This document shows, one piece after another, positions 36,472 to 46,633 of a DNA stretch of 64,000 bases (its first letter is position 1; every line of letters begins with the position of its first letter). Made by a program: the position numbers and the translations under genes. The stretch is taken from positions 32,001 to 96,000 of the IMG/VR virus record IMGVR_UViG_3300044624_001054, one strand, 5' to 3'. The notes under the pieces are model-generated. The model did not search any database. It had not been told where the DNA came from and was given only the letters and a program-made list of their open reading frames with translations. The stretch comes from a virus.

Positions 36472-36676
36472 TTAAATCTGCCTCAATCTCTTGAACACGG
36501 CGGATAAGTTGCTCTTCTACAAAATCATAAACTCTGTCCATGGCCTGGGATACCGTTTCGTGATTACGAACATAATCTTCTACCCCAAGATCTACATGAA
36601 TGTTTTCATAATTTCCGAGATTTCGTACGAACTTCAATCCCACCTTCACCCTCGTCAGGTTCATCTCCTGGCTCAT
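36458..36676 (-). CDS. Hypothetical protein
   Basis: RNLGNYE motif; coupled. Confidence 0.7.
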   Translation of the reverse strand: MSQEMNLTRVKVGLKFVRNLGNYENIHVDLGVEDYVRNHETVSQAMDRVYDFVEEQLIRRVQEIEADLSGSK

Positions 36677-36926
36677 CTAATGTCTCCAATCCCGTAGTAA
36701 ATCCAATTGGATTACTTTTCTCTTCTTCTTCATCTCCACCTAAATATCTGGCTAAATCATACCATGCTCTTGCCACCTTGAGCAATCCATCTGAGTCATG
36801 CGATTCTTTTGCAATGTTTCCTGCACGCATCAATGTCAGCGAGCAGGCTAGCAAGGCGCTTTCTGTAGATATTGTTTCACCGATAAAGTCTATTAACTCA
36901 TCTTCTTCAGTTTTCTTTTTAACCAT
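36606..36926 (-). CDS. Hypothetical protein with acidic tail
   Basis: TAATG coupling. Confidence 0.6.
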   Translation of the reverse strand: MVKKKTEEDELIDFIGETISTESALLACSLTLMRAGNIAKESHDSDGLLKVARAWYDLARYLGGDEEEEKSNPIGFTTGLETLDEPGDEPDEGEGGIEVRTKSRKL

Positions 36927-37459
36927 TAAAAATCTACCGTCCTCCACACAGGAATATAGTCTCCATTTTCTGTTTGGACGTAGAGAACGTCCCTGCGTCC
37001 AAGTCTAGCATCTACCTCGTCTTTTGTCACGGTTCTATGGAGTGGAGTTATTGCCCCATCTTTTCTTGGTCGCCCATAATGGACATTTGCAAAATAGTCC
37101 TGAATGTCTAAAATGTCATCTTCATTAAAATAAAATTTACCGTTAGGTCCAGACTGTTGTGGACGTTTAATATTACCCTCTGTAATTGCTATTCTAATTC
37201 TTTCTGGGTGGCGGCTGACCATCTTAGCCACTTCATTAATAAGATATGCTTTCTTAGAGTGTTTTTTCATAGTCTTATATGGATATCTAATCATCTTATC
37301 TTGAATAAAGTTCCATGTTGTAGCAACGTCTGCGGGTATATTAATATGAAGGATATGATGCAACTCGCCGTTGATAAATATTTTACGGCGGCGTTTAGGG
37401 GTTTTTAATACCCCATATCTCTTCCCATCAGGTACAGAGTCTCTTTCTTCATTATCCAT
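36926..37459 (-). CDS. HTH (MerR/excisionase-like) DNA-binding protein
   Basis: YLINEVAKMVSRHPERIR..G.I..P...FYFNEDDI. Confidence 0.6.
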   Translation of the reverse strand: MDNEERDSVPDGKRYGVLKTPKRRRKIFINGELHHILHINIPADVATTWNFIQDKMIRYPYKTMKKHSKKAYLINEVAKMVSRHPERIRIAITEGNIKRPQQSGPNGKFYFNEDDILDIQDYFANVHYGRPRKDGAITPLHRTVTKDEVDARLGRRDVLYVQTENGDYIPVWRTVDF

Positions 37460-37596
37460 CTTCCAAAGCCTCCATATTTTTCTGGGTATCTAAGCGACCA
37501 TCTTTTACCACAACGTAAACAGTATAACTCAACATGTATCTCTGAACCCAAAGTCCTATCCACCATGACTTTGCCGTCACATTTCTTACATAACAT
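37405..37596 (-). CDS. Zinc-ribbon protein
   Basis: CKKC...CLRCG. Confidence 0.65.
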   Translation of the reverse strand: MLCKKCDGKVMVDRTLGSEIHVELYCLRCGKRWSLRYPEKYGGFGRWIMKKETLYLMGRDMGY

Positions 37597-38351
37597 TATG
37601 CAGTAAATACCTTTCCATCTACCACACAGGTATAGTCATGAATCTGAATCAACTGGATATGGGGGTAATCATTTACAACATGCGCTACAGCGAATCCTGG
37701 CTGCCAATTCTTTCCAATGGAATAGTCCATTGCATCTTCATCACAAAGATGACCAATTTCATACCCTCTCAATTTTTGTCCGGTGATATGATAGGTTTGG
37801 AAGTAGGCTCCCATGCGGTGCGAATGGCCGCGTACAAGAGAAACGCCCCAATTATTAACATCGTTACGAACAGATTCTCCAGCGTGCTTAGAGATAGACT
37901 CGCCGTGATGAGCATAGATATCGCCAAATCTTTTAACAGGAGGATCTTGGTATAGGTGCCACTCAAAACCCACCTTAGAGTACTCATAAAGTGAGTCTGG
38001 TGTGACTACATCTAAAAAGGCTGGCGCTTTCTTTGCCAGATAGTCCCCGTGACGAGTCCAGCCATGATTCCCATCATGAAAATGGCAATCAGCCTTGGGG
38101 ACGATAGCCCTGATATCTTGAAGGAATTTTCTAGTTCCATCTACACCTCCATCATTAATTGATACCGACATTTCTGCTGGTTTATCAGCCGCCCAGCGGC
38201 TAGTTGAATCAGCATCGTCAATGTCGCCAAGTAGATCTACGGCATCTGGCTTAAACCACTTCATTACCTTAAGAAATAATTCTACCTTGCGCGGGTCATG
38301 TCGTGGAAAGTGTACATCAGATACCATCATCCACTTAAGATCGTTTGTCAT
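37596..38351 (-). CDS. Metallophosphoesterase
   Basis: SDVH, GDIDD, GNH, HHG, GHSH. Confidence 0.88.
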   Translation of the reverse strand: MTNDLKWMMVSDVHFPRHDPRKVELFLKVMKWFKPDAVDLLGDIDDADSTSRWAADKPAEMSVSINDGGVDGTRKFLQDIRAIVPKADCHFHDGNHGWTRHGDYLAKKAPAFLDVVTPDSLYEYSKVGFEWHLYQDPPVKRFGDIYAHHGESISKHAGESVRNDVNNWGVSLVRGHSHRMGAYFQTYHITGQKLRGYEIGHLCDEDAMDYSIGKNWQPGFAVAHVVNDYPHIQLIQIHDYTCVVDGKVFTA

Positions 38352-38796
38352 TATTCGCCTTTCGTCGGCATATTCGTGAGCAAAAGTCCCATAAATGTTC
38401 TTTAATTACAGGAACGGTGTAAATCTTACCACACCAGCCACAGGTCTTGTCAACCTTTATGGCTTTGCAATTCGCCCTACATTTTATTCTGTTCTTCATT
38501 AGGGACGGAGATCCATAAAATTCTATCCCACAATACTTACATATCTTCTTAGTCCATGACGGATTAAGTTTATACATAGATACAGTTTTCATGCCATGCG
38601 CTTTATCATGCTCGCGGCGGTGGCACACAAAAAGATTTTCTAATCTATTATCTGTTTTTATTTCATTTATATGATGTACTGACTCATAATCTTTTAACTT
38701 CCTGCCTAGAAATTTTTCCATAACGAGAATATGCTCATAGTACAAACCGTTGATAGATTTAGGATGATCGGAAGGTATTAATTTATAGCCAGACAT
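38335..38796 (-). CDS. HNH endonuclease with C-terminal Zn ribbons
   Basis: EHILVME, VHHINEIKTDNRLENL..H..H. Confidence 0.88.
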   Translation of the reverse strand: MSGYKLIPSDHPKSINGLYYEHILVMEKFLGRKLKDYESVHHINEIKTDNRLENLFVCHRREHDKAHGMKTVSMYKLNPSWTKKICKYCGIEFYGSPSLMKNRIKCRANCKAIKVDKTCGWCGKIYTVPVIKEHLWDFCSRICRRKANNDKRS

Positions 38797-38799
38797 TAA

Positions 38800-39237
38800 T
38801 TATTTAGATGTATACCCAAAAGCAACATAGTTTACTTTTACGTTCGTTGTATTAGTTCTTTTTCTAATTAACTTAACTCTGCAATCAAAGTTGCTGTTGG
38901 TGGTCTTTGTTACTATAAGGTAACCGATTGGTACGCTCCCACCCGCTTCTGGATCTACTAATGTTGCTAATACTATGGGGTTTTCGTTACTGAAATTAGT
39001 ATTACCCTGAAAGCCTATAGTTTCGGTTTTTCCCGTCTGATTTTCAGGAATAGTAATTTCTCGACTCCCAAATATAATCAGAGGTTTATTCTTAGGATTT
39101 CCACCTAGGCCAACTATTTCAATAATGCTATCGTCGCCCTCTTCAGGGACCTTAATTGAATTTATAGATTCAATTATTTTATTTAAAAGTTCATAGGTAA
39201 AGGGCTGCCCATCTGAAATACTATTAAGACGACTCAT
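38800..39237 (-). CDS. Minor tail protein
   Basis: End of tail operon; beta-rich C-terminus ending VNYVAFG. Confidence 0.55.
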   Translation of the reverse strand: MSRLNSISDGQPFTYELLNKIIESINSIKVPEEGDDSIIEIVGLGGNPKNKPLIIFGSREITIPENQTGKTETIGFQGNTNFSNENPIVLATLVDPEAGGSVPIGYLIVTKTTNSNFDCRVKLIRKRTNTTNVKVNYVAFGYTSK

Positions 39238-39394
39238 CTAATTTAGCCTCAAGTTCAATGATCTTCTTGTCGCGTGCCTGAATTTGCTCAGTAGCCTGAG
39301 CCTTCATTACTGCTAGTTTTGTTTCATAGTCGCTAGTCATTTGACCAATGCGCTGTTGTAGTTCCTGGACAATAAGTTCTAGTGTTTGTGACAT
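39224..39394 (-). CDS. 56-aa coiled-coil protein
   Basis: Hand-translated MSQTLELIVQELQQRIGQ... Confidence 0.65.
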   Translation of the reverse strand: MSQTLELIVQELQQRIGQMTSDYETKLAVMKAQATEQIQARDKKIIELEAKLDESS

Positions 39395-39619
39395 TTATGC
39401 TCCCTCAATAGTGGCTAGTTCTTCCTCTAAGGCTAAAATCTTTTCATCAGCCTCTTGTAATTGTATTGTAAAAGAATCAATGTTGGCCTGGTTAGGCATA
39501 GTAACTGCACTTTCAGCAATTAAAGATACTTCAACATTGTATCTGCTATATGCCAGATTTTTAATATTCTGACGTAATATGTGAACTTTTTCTTCTATAC
39601 TTAAAATTTCTTCATTCAT
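39395..39619 (-). CDS. Small coiled-coil protein (paralogue A)
   Basis: GGAGG RBS; LSIEEK..IKNL..RY. Confidence 0.7.
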   Translation of the reverse strand: MNEEILSIEEKVHILRQNIKNLAYSRYNVEVSLIAESAVTMPNQANIDSFTIQLQEADEKILALEEELATIEGA

Positions 39620-39646
39620 GGTTCCTCCATTATACTATTTTTTATT

Positions 39647-39850
39647 TTAGAGTCCAGTTAAAACGCTATTAAGGTACTGAATTTTTGAATTAATACTATT
39701 AATTTGATTATTAGTAGATTCTATCCATCCATCGCTTCCTGATCCTACAAAATTTTCTGCTGCTAGTTCTTGTTCTAAGTAATACTTAGTTGACTCTAAA
39801 TTTTTAATTAAATTATTAATTATTTGAGCCTTTTCTTCCTTAGTTAACAT
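39647..39850 (-). CDS. Small coiled-coil protein (paralogue B)
   Basis: LTKEEK..IKNL..KY. Confidence 0.7.
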   Translation of the reverse strand: MLTKEEKAQIINNLIKNLESTKYYLEQELAAENFVGSGSDGWIESTNNQINSINSKIQYLNSVLTGL

Positions 39851-39874
39851 GTTTATTCTACCTTTCATTATTTA

Positions 39875-42052
39875 TTATGCTGGGATTGCTATAGTATTAG
39901 ACTGAGCCTGGAAGCCCTGGATTCCACCAGTCCTTGTCGCTATAACAATACAATACATGTTTCTTCCCCTCATTGCAGACGTAATGGAAAGGGTCTGACC
40001 ACTTCCCGCAACAGCGCCGTTGCCAAAGTACCAAGTATATGAAAAAGATAAGGTTCCTGTTGGAGAATTAGTTACCTCTCCAATTCCTGCAAAATAACCT
40101 TGCCTTGTACTGGTAACTCGCGTAGTTGCTGATGGCTGTGCAGTCCATGTTCCTGAAGTACATGTAACGCTTACGAGTGCATTTCTTGATGCTACTGGCG
40201 CTGCTGTATTAAGTGGTGGGATAACAATTGTATAAAATCCATCGCCCCATACACCGTCAAAATTAAACCCTCCATTAGTTACAATTCCGGTGTACCCCCA
40301 TGAAGAATTATAATTAGAATGTGTAACATCATAGCCAAAGTTGGTTCTTGTTGATGATAGTGATGGGTCAAGCGCGGGGGATAAACCAACTGTAACACTA
40401 CTTTGAGCAGAAGGATTTCCAGTTACTGCTGCCTGAGCCGTTATAGTTACAGATCCATTAAATGCTCCAGTATTTAATGTGTTAGTAGCCTCCCCAGATG
40501 AATTTGTGGTGGTCGATGATTGAGCAAGACTAGTTCCCGTCAATGCTGTTAATGACCAATTAACAGTAACTCCCGATTGAGAAACGTTATTTCCTGATAT
40601 GTTTTTTAATTGCGCTGATACTCCCAATGAACTGAATGTAGTAATTGTAGCGGTTGCAGGAGTTAGGGTTATGCTAAATACAGTATTATTAGTAGTTAAA
40701 TTAGCATAGGTATAGTCTGGACTATTGCCAGCATCACTTCTAGCAAATATTCTAAAGTTATAGGCGGTATTTGCAGTTAGCACTATTCCCTGCGAGGATA
40801 TATTAAGTGATGTAGCATTTGCCACTATTTCATTACTTATTAATGACCATGTTGAAGAACTTGCTAATTTATACTGTATAGTATATCCAGTTCTTGTTGT
40901 ACAGTTTGCAGTAGCATGGGTCCAGTTAAGTGTAGCACTCTCTCCGTAAGTTGATGATGTTGCACTAAAACTTGGAACATTGCTAATAGATGCCGGAAGA
41001 GTATTTATGTCGATAGTTTGAACTGGAGTTTCAGTATTATCTAGGCTTCTTCCAAATATTTCTATCCTATAAATACCAGCAGTTGGACTATTTAAATACC
41101 CATAAGGAGTAAGACTTATAAATGATTTAGAGTTTTGAGGAGATACAAAATTAAAGTTTTGTGTGTTCCCAAAAATAGGCATCCCTTGTTGAAACTGTAT
41201 TGCCTCTGAAATACTTATAACTCCATTATCAATATCAGCATTATTTGTCCATGTTGCTGTAATTGAATTACAAGTAGATGTTGCAGAAAAGTTTGTAATT
41301 TGTGGATTATATCCTGCAGGAGTAGTTCTTATAACTTCTGACGTAGTGTATAAGAATTGTCCCGATCTTCGAATTCCAACAGTTACTCTATACTGGGTAG
41401 ATCCTGCTAATGGTGGGGAAATACCTCCGCTTGCTGACCTTTTTGTTGAAGAAACTCCTTGCTCAAAGGTGCTACCTGACGGACCTGGGTTAACAGGGTT
41501 GGCATATATTGTATACTCTTCCTGGCCTACAGCATCCCATGTTACTGAATATGATGTTGTCGTAATGGTTGCAGAAGTAATATTAACCGATAAAGCAATT
41601 GGGCTAATTGGATTGCTTACTACTGAAACAGAATTTTGAGTAATAGATGTTGCAGTAGCCTTTATTGTGTATGTTCCTGGAGATGGAACATAAAATCTAA
41701 TATAATACTCATACCCCTCTAATATAAATGAATAATCAAAGTTTTGAGTTTGGATAGGAGTTCCGGTAGCAGTACTTCCAGAATATAATTCACCAACCAT
41801 GCTTTCTAGTTCTGAAGTATTTAGAATCATCTGAACATAAAATCTATCTACAGTATTTACTTCCTCCCAACTTCCATTATCTATAACATTTACTAATGGA
41901 ATAATTGGATCTGGAAATACTACCTTCCACCCCATATCATATACATAGCCAACCTTAGTAGTTTTCCAACCATTGTCGTATATTGATATTGCCGCTGGAT
42001 TCTTCCAGTTTGGATTATTTGGGTCTGATGATGTTTGTAATCTAAATGGCAT
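39875..42052 (-). CDS. Fn3/Ig-like repeat fibre or decoration protein
   Basis: Repeated W..Y..L..Y Fn3 patterns, a Big-1-like TNSSGEA segment, Ser/Thr-rich. Confidence 0.7.
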   Translation of the reverse strand: MPFRLQTSSDPNNPNWKNPAAISIYDNGWKTTKVGYVYDMGWKVVFPDPIIPLVNVIDNGSWEEVNTVDRFYVQMILNTSELESMVGELYSGSTATGTPIQTQNFDYSFILEGYEYYIRFYVPSPGTYTIKATATSITQNSVSVVSNPISPIALSVNITSATITTTSYSVTWDAVGQEEYTIYANPVNPGPSGSTFEQGVSSTKRSASGGISPPLAGSTQYRVTVGIRRSGQFLYTTSEVIRTTPAGYNPQITNFSATSTCNSITATWTNNADIDNGVISISEAIQFQQGMPIFGNTQNFNFVSPQNSKSFISLTPYGYLNSPTAGIYRIEIFGRSLDNTETPVQTIDINTLPASISNVPSFSATSSTYGESATLNWTHATANCTTRTGYTIQYKLASSSTWSLISNEIVANATSLNISSQGIVLTANTAYNFRIFARSDAGNSPDYTYANLTTNNTVFSITLTPATATITTFSSLGVSAQLKNISGNNVSQSGVTVNWSLTALTGTSLAQSSTTTNSSGEATNTLNTGAFNGSVTITAQAAVTGNPSAQSSVTVGLSPALDPSLSSTRTNFGYDVTHSNYNSSWGYTGIVTNGGFNFDGVWGDGFYTIVIPPLNTAAPVASRNALVSVTCTSGTWTAQPSATTRVTSTRQGYFAGIGEVTNSPTGTLSFSYTWYFGNGAVAGSGQTLSITSAMRGRNMYCIVIATRTGGIQGFQAQSNTIAIPA

Positions 42053-42091
42053 ATTATTATCCTATCAAATTATTTCGAAAATATCAATATA

Positions 42092-43495
42092 TTATACATA
42101 CCTTAAGTATATATCTCCTTGGGCTGCGCCCGTAGGGAGAGTAGTGCTAGTTCCATATTTAATAGTATTGCCATTATTTGGGGTATCCGTTCCATTTTTA
42201 TATCTATTGGCTATAGTTCCTGGTGTTTCAATCGGCTCACCATTAATTGTAACCGCTCCGTTAGTTCCAGTTTTTAAATTAATATTACTTCCCGCCCCTT
42301 GAGCATGTATTAATATTTGACCTGGAGTATCGGTAGGGCTAGCATCTACTGCATTTGCCCTAATAACTAAAGTATTTGGGTAGGCTGTTCCTTCTCCACC
42401 CTCATCGTCAGAAACTTCCCACCCAAGGTTAGCCCTTTGTCTAGAAGATGAATCTAGCCATCTTATTTTAGCAGGGTCTCCAGCAGCAGCCTTTAAAAAT
42501 ATATCCTTTCCATCTGATGATAAAATAGAATAAGTATCAGTCACGCTTGCCTGCGTCCCTGATGAATATCTTGTGTACCCAATAGATGCAGAAACACCCT
42601 CAATTATCAAGCCCGTACTTGTTACTTGTCCTTTAAAAAATGCAAAACCATCTCTATCTATTCTAAAGTTTGGAGCGGCTAAAGATCCATGGTCTAAATT
42701 AATTAACATTCCAGCAGAAGAAAATGCACTACCTGTTCCTGGGCCAGAATAACCTCCTGATTTAATATTTCCTGTTGAAATATTTCCACCAGTAATTGTA
42801 GTATTATTGGTAACTATATCTCCAGCCGCCCCGCCATCATCAATTTTTCCATTTAACTCTGATTGCGTGGCATATCCACCTATCGTTACCGTTCCAGTAT
42901 CTGCATCTATATTAAAGGTTTGCACCCCAGAAGTATTATATGAAGTAAATCCAGAATTATTTAAAACTATTCCGCCTGTTGTGGCAGCAGTTTCAGAAGT
43001 AAGAAGCCCACCATTTACTATGAGATTTCCAGATATTTCACCCTCTGTTGCCTCAATCCTACCTCTAACCGCCACGTTTGTAAAAATGGCATTTCCTTCA
43101 GCCGTGATCCCCCACCCTTGGGAACCAAGAATTTTTTCCGACCAGTCTTCATAAACTACAGCAACCTGATCTGTTTCGCTATACTCTTCAGAAACAGTAT
43201 TACCTGATTCATCAATGTAATTAATTGTTACTAGGTCAGTATTCTCAATAGCAGGATCATCAAACTCTACTGAAACTACTGGATAGTACTGACCGCCTGC
43301 TTCTATTTGTATGAGATACCCAGGCTTAATATCAATTGCATCTATGTTTCCGTCAAACTTTGGAATAGAGCCATCAAAATTAAATGAGGATAGCATTGGA
43401 GTGTTAAGTTTAAAAGTTCCATCTGGATCTATAAATGCTGGTAGTGGCTGGAACTGAAGGTTAATTTCCTGAGGATCAAAGGTGTTCTCAGACAT
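42092..43495 (-). CDS. Minor tail protein
   Basis: Beta-helix-like Gly/Thr repeats; GWGI..GNAIF..V.VRG.I.A; position. Confidence 0.65.
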   Translation of the reverse strand: MSENTFDPQEINLQFQPLPAFIDPDGTFKLNTPMLSSFNFDGSIPKFDGNIDAIDIKPGYLIQIEAGGQYYPVVSVEFDDPAIENTDLVTINYIDESGNTVSEEYSETDQVAVVYEDWSEKILGSQGWGITAEGNAIFTNVAVRGRIEATEGEISGNLIVNGGLLTSETAATTGGIVLNNSGFTSYNTSGVQTFNIDADTGTVTIGGYATQSELNGKIDDGGAAGDIVTNNTTITGGNISTGNIKSGGYSGPGTGSAFSSAGMLINLDHGSLAAPNFRIDRDGFAFFKGQVTSTGLIIEGVSASIGYTRYSSGTQASVTDTYSILSSDGKDIFLKAAAGDPAKIRWLDSSSRQRANLGWEVSDDEGGEGTAYPNTLVIRANAVDASPTDTPGQILIHAQGAGSNINLKTGTNGAVTINGEPIETPGTIANRYKNGTDTPNNGNTIKYGTSTTLPTGAAQGDIYLRYV

Positions 43496-44394
43496 TACTC
43501 TGCCTTCCCAAATATAGCGTCACCTGAGTCATTTGTTTGCAGCCAATCGCCCTTCCAATTACTACCGTCGTAGGTATATCTAGCGATAGCAATATAGCAT
43601 AGAATTTTTTCTCCCTTTTCATCATTAAGTGTAAATGATTTAGTGTGAGAAGCCTTTCCTCTAAATTTTGCAACGTCTGATCTAGACGGTGGATTCTTCA
43701 AATTAATCTCTGCTTCACTATCATCCATTAACTTATATTTAATTGATGCTTTATTAGGTCCATTAAACTGTTTGTATGCAAATACAACAATGTCCTCTAC
43801 GTTACCTTTTTTAGGTGGCGTGCTAACTTCTGATATTAGTGAAGGAACTTTTCCTTCCTTACTATCTCCTATGATTGCTTCAGGAAGTTTTACTGTAATA
43901 TTTCTGACCTTTATCTTTTTCTTATACTCTTGGATAGTTCCAGAGGTAGTCAAGTCTGTGGTTGGGGAAGGTTGGGTAGTTTTATTTATACTTACATAGA
44001 CATAATTTTTTTTCTTACTGTCTCCTGGCATCACCACCGCCTGAACATTAGTAAACCCAGCATCTGAACAATTAATAATAACATCGTCATCTGGGGCCAG
44101 ATCTCCTACCCCCTTGGAGTTTGTTAATATCATAAGAAACTTATATCTTCCGTCAGAGACATTTTCTTTCTTTGTATATTTATTAAAGTTAAAAGTTTTG
44201 TTATTGCCAACTTTGTATTGATCTTTATTCTCCACCACCAACTTTATTCCCTTTAATTTACTTACTAAAGGAGGCGCTTGAGGAACTGTAAAGTTTAATA
44301 CATCATCTACTTCCTCGCCAAAAATATTCATCTCTATCATAAACTCTATATAATCCCCAGGGTTTAGATTCGAATCTAGACTAATATTAGACAT
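43495..44394 (-). CDS. Putative tail-associated protein
   Basis: Position in tail operon. Confidence 0.55.
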   Translation of the reverse strand: MSNISLDSNLNPGDYIEFMIEMNIFGEEVDDVLNFTVPQAPPLVSKLKGIKLVVENKDQYKVGNNKTFNFNKYTKKENVSDGRYKFLMILTNSKGVGDLAPDDDVIINCSDAGFTNVQAVVMPGDSKKKNYVYVSINKTTQPSPTTDLTTSGTIQEYKKKIKVRNITVKLPEAIIGDSKEGKVPSLISEVSTPPKKGNVEDIVVFAYKQFNGPNKASIKYKLMDDSEAEINLKNPPSRSDVAKFRGKASHTKSFTLNDEKGEKILCYIAIARYTYDGSNWKGDWLQTNDSGDAIFGKAE

Positions 44395-44396
44395 AT

Positions 44397-45350
44397 TTAA
44401 CCAATCTGATTAAACCCAAGAGATAAAGAATATTCTATTGTAAGAGGAATTCCTGGGGGCTTTCTAACTGGAGTTGTTAGCACAGCCCTGGAAATCATTC
44501 CAGTAATAGTGTCTTGAAGGTAGGAGCCAAAGTCTATTTTTAATCCATCTAAATATAATGCAGAGCCACTAGTTTGCCAAATTCTTGCTGAAGTAATATC
44601 CGTCCATCTTGGAGATCCAGTAATTACTGCCGCCCCCTTTTCTGCTGACACAATAAAGTATCCAGATGAGGTTGGGGTAGTGAATGTATAGTCAAAGTAG
44701 TTGGTGTCATCTGTATAGAATCTAAAGTACACGCTTGAAGAATAACTATTGAGGTCAAATCCCGCTAACCTAAAGGTATCAAATGCCGTATATCGATCTA
44801 TAGATTCTAGAACATTATTACTTGTTTGGTAACTTATGTATGAATTTGTTCCATCAGTTGTCGGGAGGGAAAACAACTGGGTTCCAATTCTTGCTTCTAC
44901 CGCCTCAACTAGTGCCCCCGCACTAGCCGTTCCAACCTTAGTGAATAAGTCAACCCTATCAAAATCGAATATGGTAGATCCTGTAACGTCTGCATTAGTG
45001 TCTGAGATTCCGCCAGGGAATAGCCCCACTTCATGAATTAAATATTGAGCGGTGGAGTCGATCACTCCTCTGTATACTAGAACATCTGTGCTTGAAGATA
45101 TGTCTAGTGAAGAGCCTATGACAGGAGTTCGTCCTATCTCAAACTGCAGGCCATTATTTGTAATTAAGTTAGTAGATGCGCTTATGATATTAGCCTGATT
45201 GCCAATACCATAGGATATTACACCAGCAAAATTAGGTACAATCCCAAGAAGAGATTTTATTGCAATGGCACGACCCATTGAAGTAAGAGCATTCTTTTGC
45301 TCTGCAACAACTTCCCCATCTATTATAAATTTATATATGCCTTCTATCAT
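44397..45350 (-). CDS. Minor tail / baseplate protein
   Basis: N.LT..G, I.EVGLF, ISRAV..K..LTIEY motifs. Confidence 0.6.
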   Translation of the reverse strand: MIEGIYKFIIDGEVVAEQKNALTSMGRAIAIKSLLGIVPNFAGVISYGIGNQANIISASTNLITNNGLQFEIGRTPVIGSSLDISSSTDVLVYRGVIDSTAQYLIHEVGLFPGGISDTNADVTGSTIFDFDRVDLFTKVGTASAGALVEAVEARIGTQLFSLPTTDGTNSYISYQTSNNVLESIDRYTAFDTFRLAGFDLNSYSSSVYFRFYTDDTNYFDYTFTTPTSSGYFIVSAEKGAAVITGSPRWTDITSARIWQTSGSALYLDGLKIDFGSYLQDTITGMISRAVLTTPVRKPPGIPLTIEYSLSLGFNQIG

Positions 45351-46633
45351 GGATTTTCTAGTTCTCCTCCTGGCGTAGCGTTTTCCACTAGACTAATCTT
45401 AAAGTCATCAACGTTCTCTCCTACCAATTCGACATTAAATCTATAGTAAGCCTCTCCAGAATTATTATACCGTAGTTCAAATAAATCTATAAATTCTGCA
45501 TAGTTGTATTTGCTAACTCTGTCCCTATTTCCTTTATCTAAAATATCCTGTATTGCCCCCGATATTTCAGACATTCTTTCGTCTGCCATTCCAGAATTTA
45601 CAGTTCCAGGAGCGTTATAATCTATTATCTCAAAAAAAGACTGACCATCTTCTGTTAGAATTTCGTCATCTGGAATTGAATCAATACCGTCATAATTTAT
45701 TCCGCCTTCAATAAATTCTTTTGTAGAATTAATTAACTGTTTTGTTATTCTCTGGATCTCTTTGGTGATTTTTTTATCCAGATTAGGCATATAAATTCGT
45801 TCATCAGAACCTTTTGGAAGAGTGTAATCTGCTTTATTAAAGGCTGACTTTGGAACGTCTATTTTTTTTCCGCCGCCCTTTACTGTTGGATTTGGGCCTC
45901 CATGAGCAGGCTCGTCCACATCCGGCAGGCCGTCACCATCATCGTCCGTATCGTCTTCATTTAAAATTCCATCTCCGTCGATATCTGGATCTACATTGTC
46001 TGGTATTCCATCACCGTCAGAGTCTACTACAGGAGTCTGATGGCCACCTCCACTCCCCTCACCGCCGCCTGTACCACTACCGCCGCCACCACCTGGGCCT
46101 TTTACTCCTTTGAATAACTGCTTTAAATTCTTTTTTTCTGCATCATTTATTTTTCCATCTTTTACTGCATTAATTAACGCATCTTTTCTTTTATCACTAA
46201 GAGTTTGAAAGAATGCTAATTTTGAATCATCGGGTGGCCCGTTAAAAATATCTTTGACAACATCCCTGTCTTGTTTATTAGATAATTTTTCATATCCTGC
46301 TTGGAATGTTTCCCATTTAGTTTTTGGCTTGTTTCCTCCGCCACCTGGCTTTTGACCAGATCCTGGTTTTTGCCCAGAGCCTTGCTTTGTGCCGTCTGTC
46401 TTACCACCAGTCGGTGGCTTAAGCCCAGTTTCTTTTTTAACCTCTTGTCCTTTTTTATTCAAGGCGCTGTTAAGGATGGCATTAATTTTAGTTCTTTCAT
46501 CTTCTTTAAGATTGCCTTTATTATCTGCCATTTTTTTAGCACGGGAGCGTAAGTTTTCAGCCTCTTCTTGAGAAATAAACTTTTGACTTCTAGCATAATT
46601 AACTTTATCTAATATTTTTTGCAAGTCAGTCAT
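45347..46633 (-). CDS. Tail-region protein with Lys/Gly-rich region and DxDxDG Ca-binding-like repeats
   Basis: DSDGDGIPDNVDPDIDGDGILNEDDTDDDGDGLPD. Confidence 0.65.
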   Translation of the reverse strand: MTDLQKILDKVNYARSQKFISQEEAENLRSRAKKMADNKGNLKEDERTKINAILNSALNKKGQEVKKETGLKPPTGGKTDGTKQGSGQKPGSGQKPGGGGNKPKTKWETFQAGYEKLSNKQDRDVVKDIFNGPPDDSKLAFFQTLSDKRKDALINAVKDGKINDAEKKNLKQLFKGVKGPGGGGGSGTGGGEGSGGGHQTPVVDSDGDGIPDNVDPDIDGDGILNEDDTDDDGDGLPDVDEPAHGGPNPTVKGGGKKIDVPKSAFNKADYTLPKGSDERIYMPNLDKKITKEIQRITKQLINSTKEFIEGGINYDGIDSIPDDEILTEDGQSFFEIIDYNAPGTVNSGMADERMSEISGAIQDILDKGNRDRVSKYNYAEFIDLFELRYNNSGEAYYRFNVELVGENVDDFKISLVENATPGGELENP

